Part shown: piece by piece, positions 63,496-64,000 of the stretch
Numbering within the stretch: the first letter of the stretch is position 1
Layout: each line of letters opens with the position of its first letter
Assembly (NCBI GenBank): GCA_001687465.1
Contig: LVLI01000386.1
Span: 62,001 to 126,000, forward strand
Direction of reading: 5' to 3'
DNA length: 64,000 nt
DNA from: Halocafeteria seosinensis
Taxonomy: Eukaryota
Program-made: the position numbers and the translations under genes
Notes under the pieces: model-generated
The model's input: the letters and a program-made list of their open reading frames with translations, nothing else
Told to the model about the DNA's origin: nothing
Databases searched by the model: none

Positions 63496-64000
63496 CTACT
63501 TCGACATCAGCACCACGATCTCTGTTAACTGGGTCATGCCATGTTGACCTAGCGTGACGTTGGGATAATCTGCCATCACGTCGTTTGAATGTAGAACTTG
63601 CGGCTGCGTGAAGCCCACTTTCTTGAACAAGTACATCGCTTTGCCCAAGGACACGTTCACTCCCTGAGGTTGGTAATCAGAATGCATGAATTCAATTAAA
63701 AGTTTCCCTGACGGTTTTAGGATATCGTAACAATGGCGAAGGTACACTTCCACCTCGTTCATATCTTGCATACTCGTCATTCCCGCTCGATCCCACACAA
63801 CGTCCACCTTGTCATTTTGTGAACCAAAGGTATAAGAAATGAAGTTTTCGTCCAGGAAATCGCCGATTATCACCTCTGCACACGCTTCTGGCTGCGTATG
63901 AACCCGGTAGACCGGGAATTGTGAGTTAAGAGTTTCGAATTCGACATGTTGGTGCTCCAGAGAGAACTCATGTTGCTCCAACCATTTCGGTCCGACTTCC
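63496..64000 (-). CDS. Thiopurine S-methyltransferase-like SAM methyltransferase (5' partial)
   Basis: IIGDFL, VDVVWDRAGMTSM and YLRHCYDILKPSGKLLI resemble the TPMT/TEMT-family D..WDR motif region. Confidence 0.7.
   Translation of the reverse strand, partial: EVGPKWLEQHEFSLEHQHVEFETLNSQFPVYRVHTQPEACAEVIIGDFLDENFISYTFGSQNDKVDVVWDRAGMTSMQDMNEVEVYLRHCYDILKPSGKLLIEFMHSDYQPQGVNVSLGKAMYLFKKVGFTQPQVLHSNDVMADYPNVTLGQHGMTQLTEIVVLMSK

Noticed and set aside
1..64000. Non-standard genetic code or unusual intron class
   Set aside because: The conserved genes I checked assemble with standard stops and GT-AG introns; in-frame stops appear only in decayed regions.

Overview
This is a gene-dense eukaryotic (protist-like) nuclear segment in the standard genetic code, with short GT-AG introns (about 50-100 nt) and tiny intergenic spacers. 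A stramenopile or similar free-living protist is my inference and is not established. I could assemble about 19 protein genes by manual splicing: PRMT7 (partial), CPSF2, an MFS transporter, a GNAT acetyltransferase, MSH6, a small single-TM protein, a MORN protein, a 1690-aa low-complexity orphan, a DGAT2-family acyltransferase, EMC1, an orphan P-loop GTPase, NTH1, a myosin, a TPT/SLC35E transporter, an extended NDUFA6, a 7TM-RGS protein, a Sel1-repeat protein, a formin and a partial TPMT-like methyltransferase. There is also one tRNA-Val(CAC). A degenerate island at about 49.6-56.8 kb holds a decayed PIF/Harbinger transposase and pseudogenes, and a hAT-like non-autonomous element sits at 5.3-6.1 kb. 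The most striking feature is the formin: it has N-terminal TPR repeats, no poly-proline FH1, and six exactly 22-aa basic/hydrophobic repeats directly upstream of FH2, visible only after splicing. Exon boundaries are my manual readings and no database searches were run.
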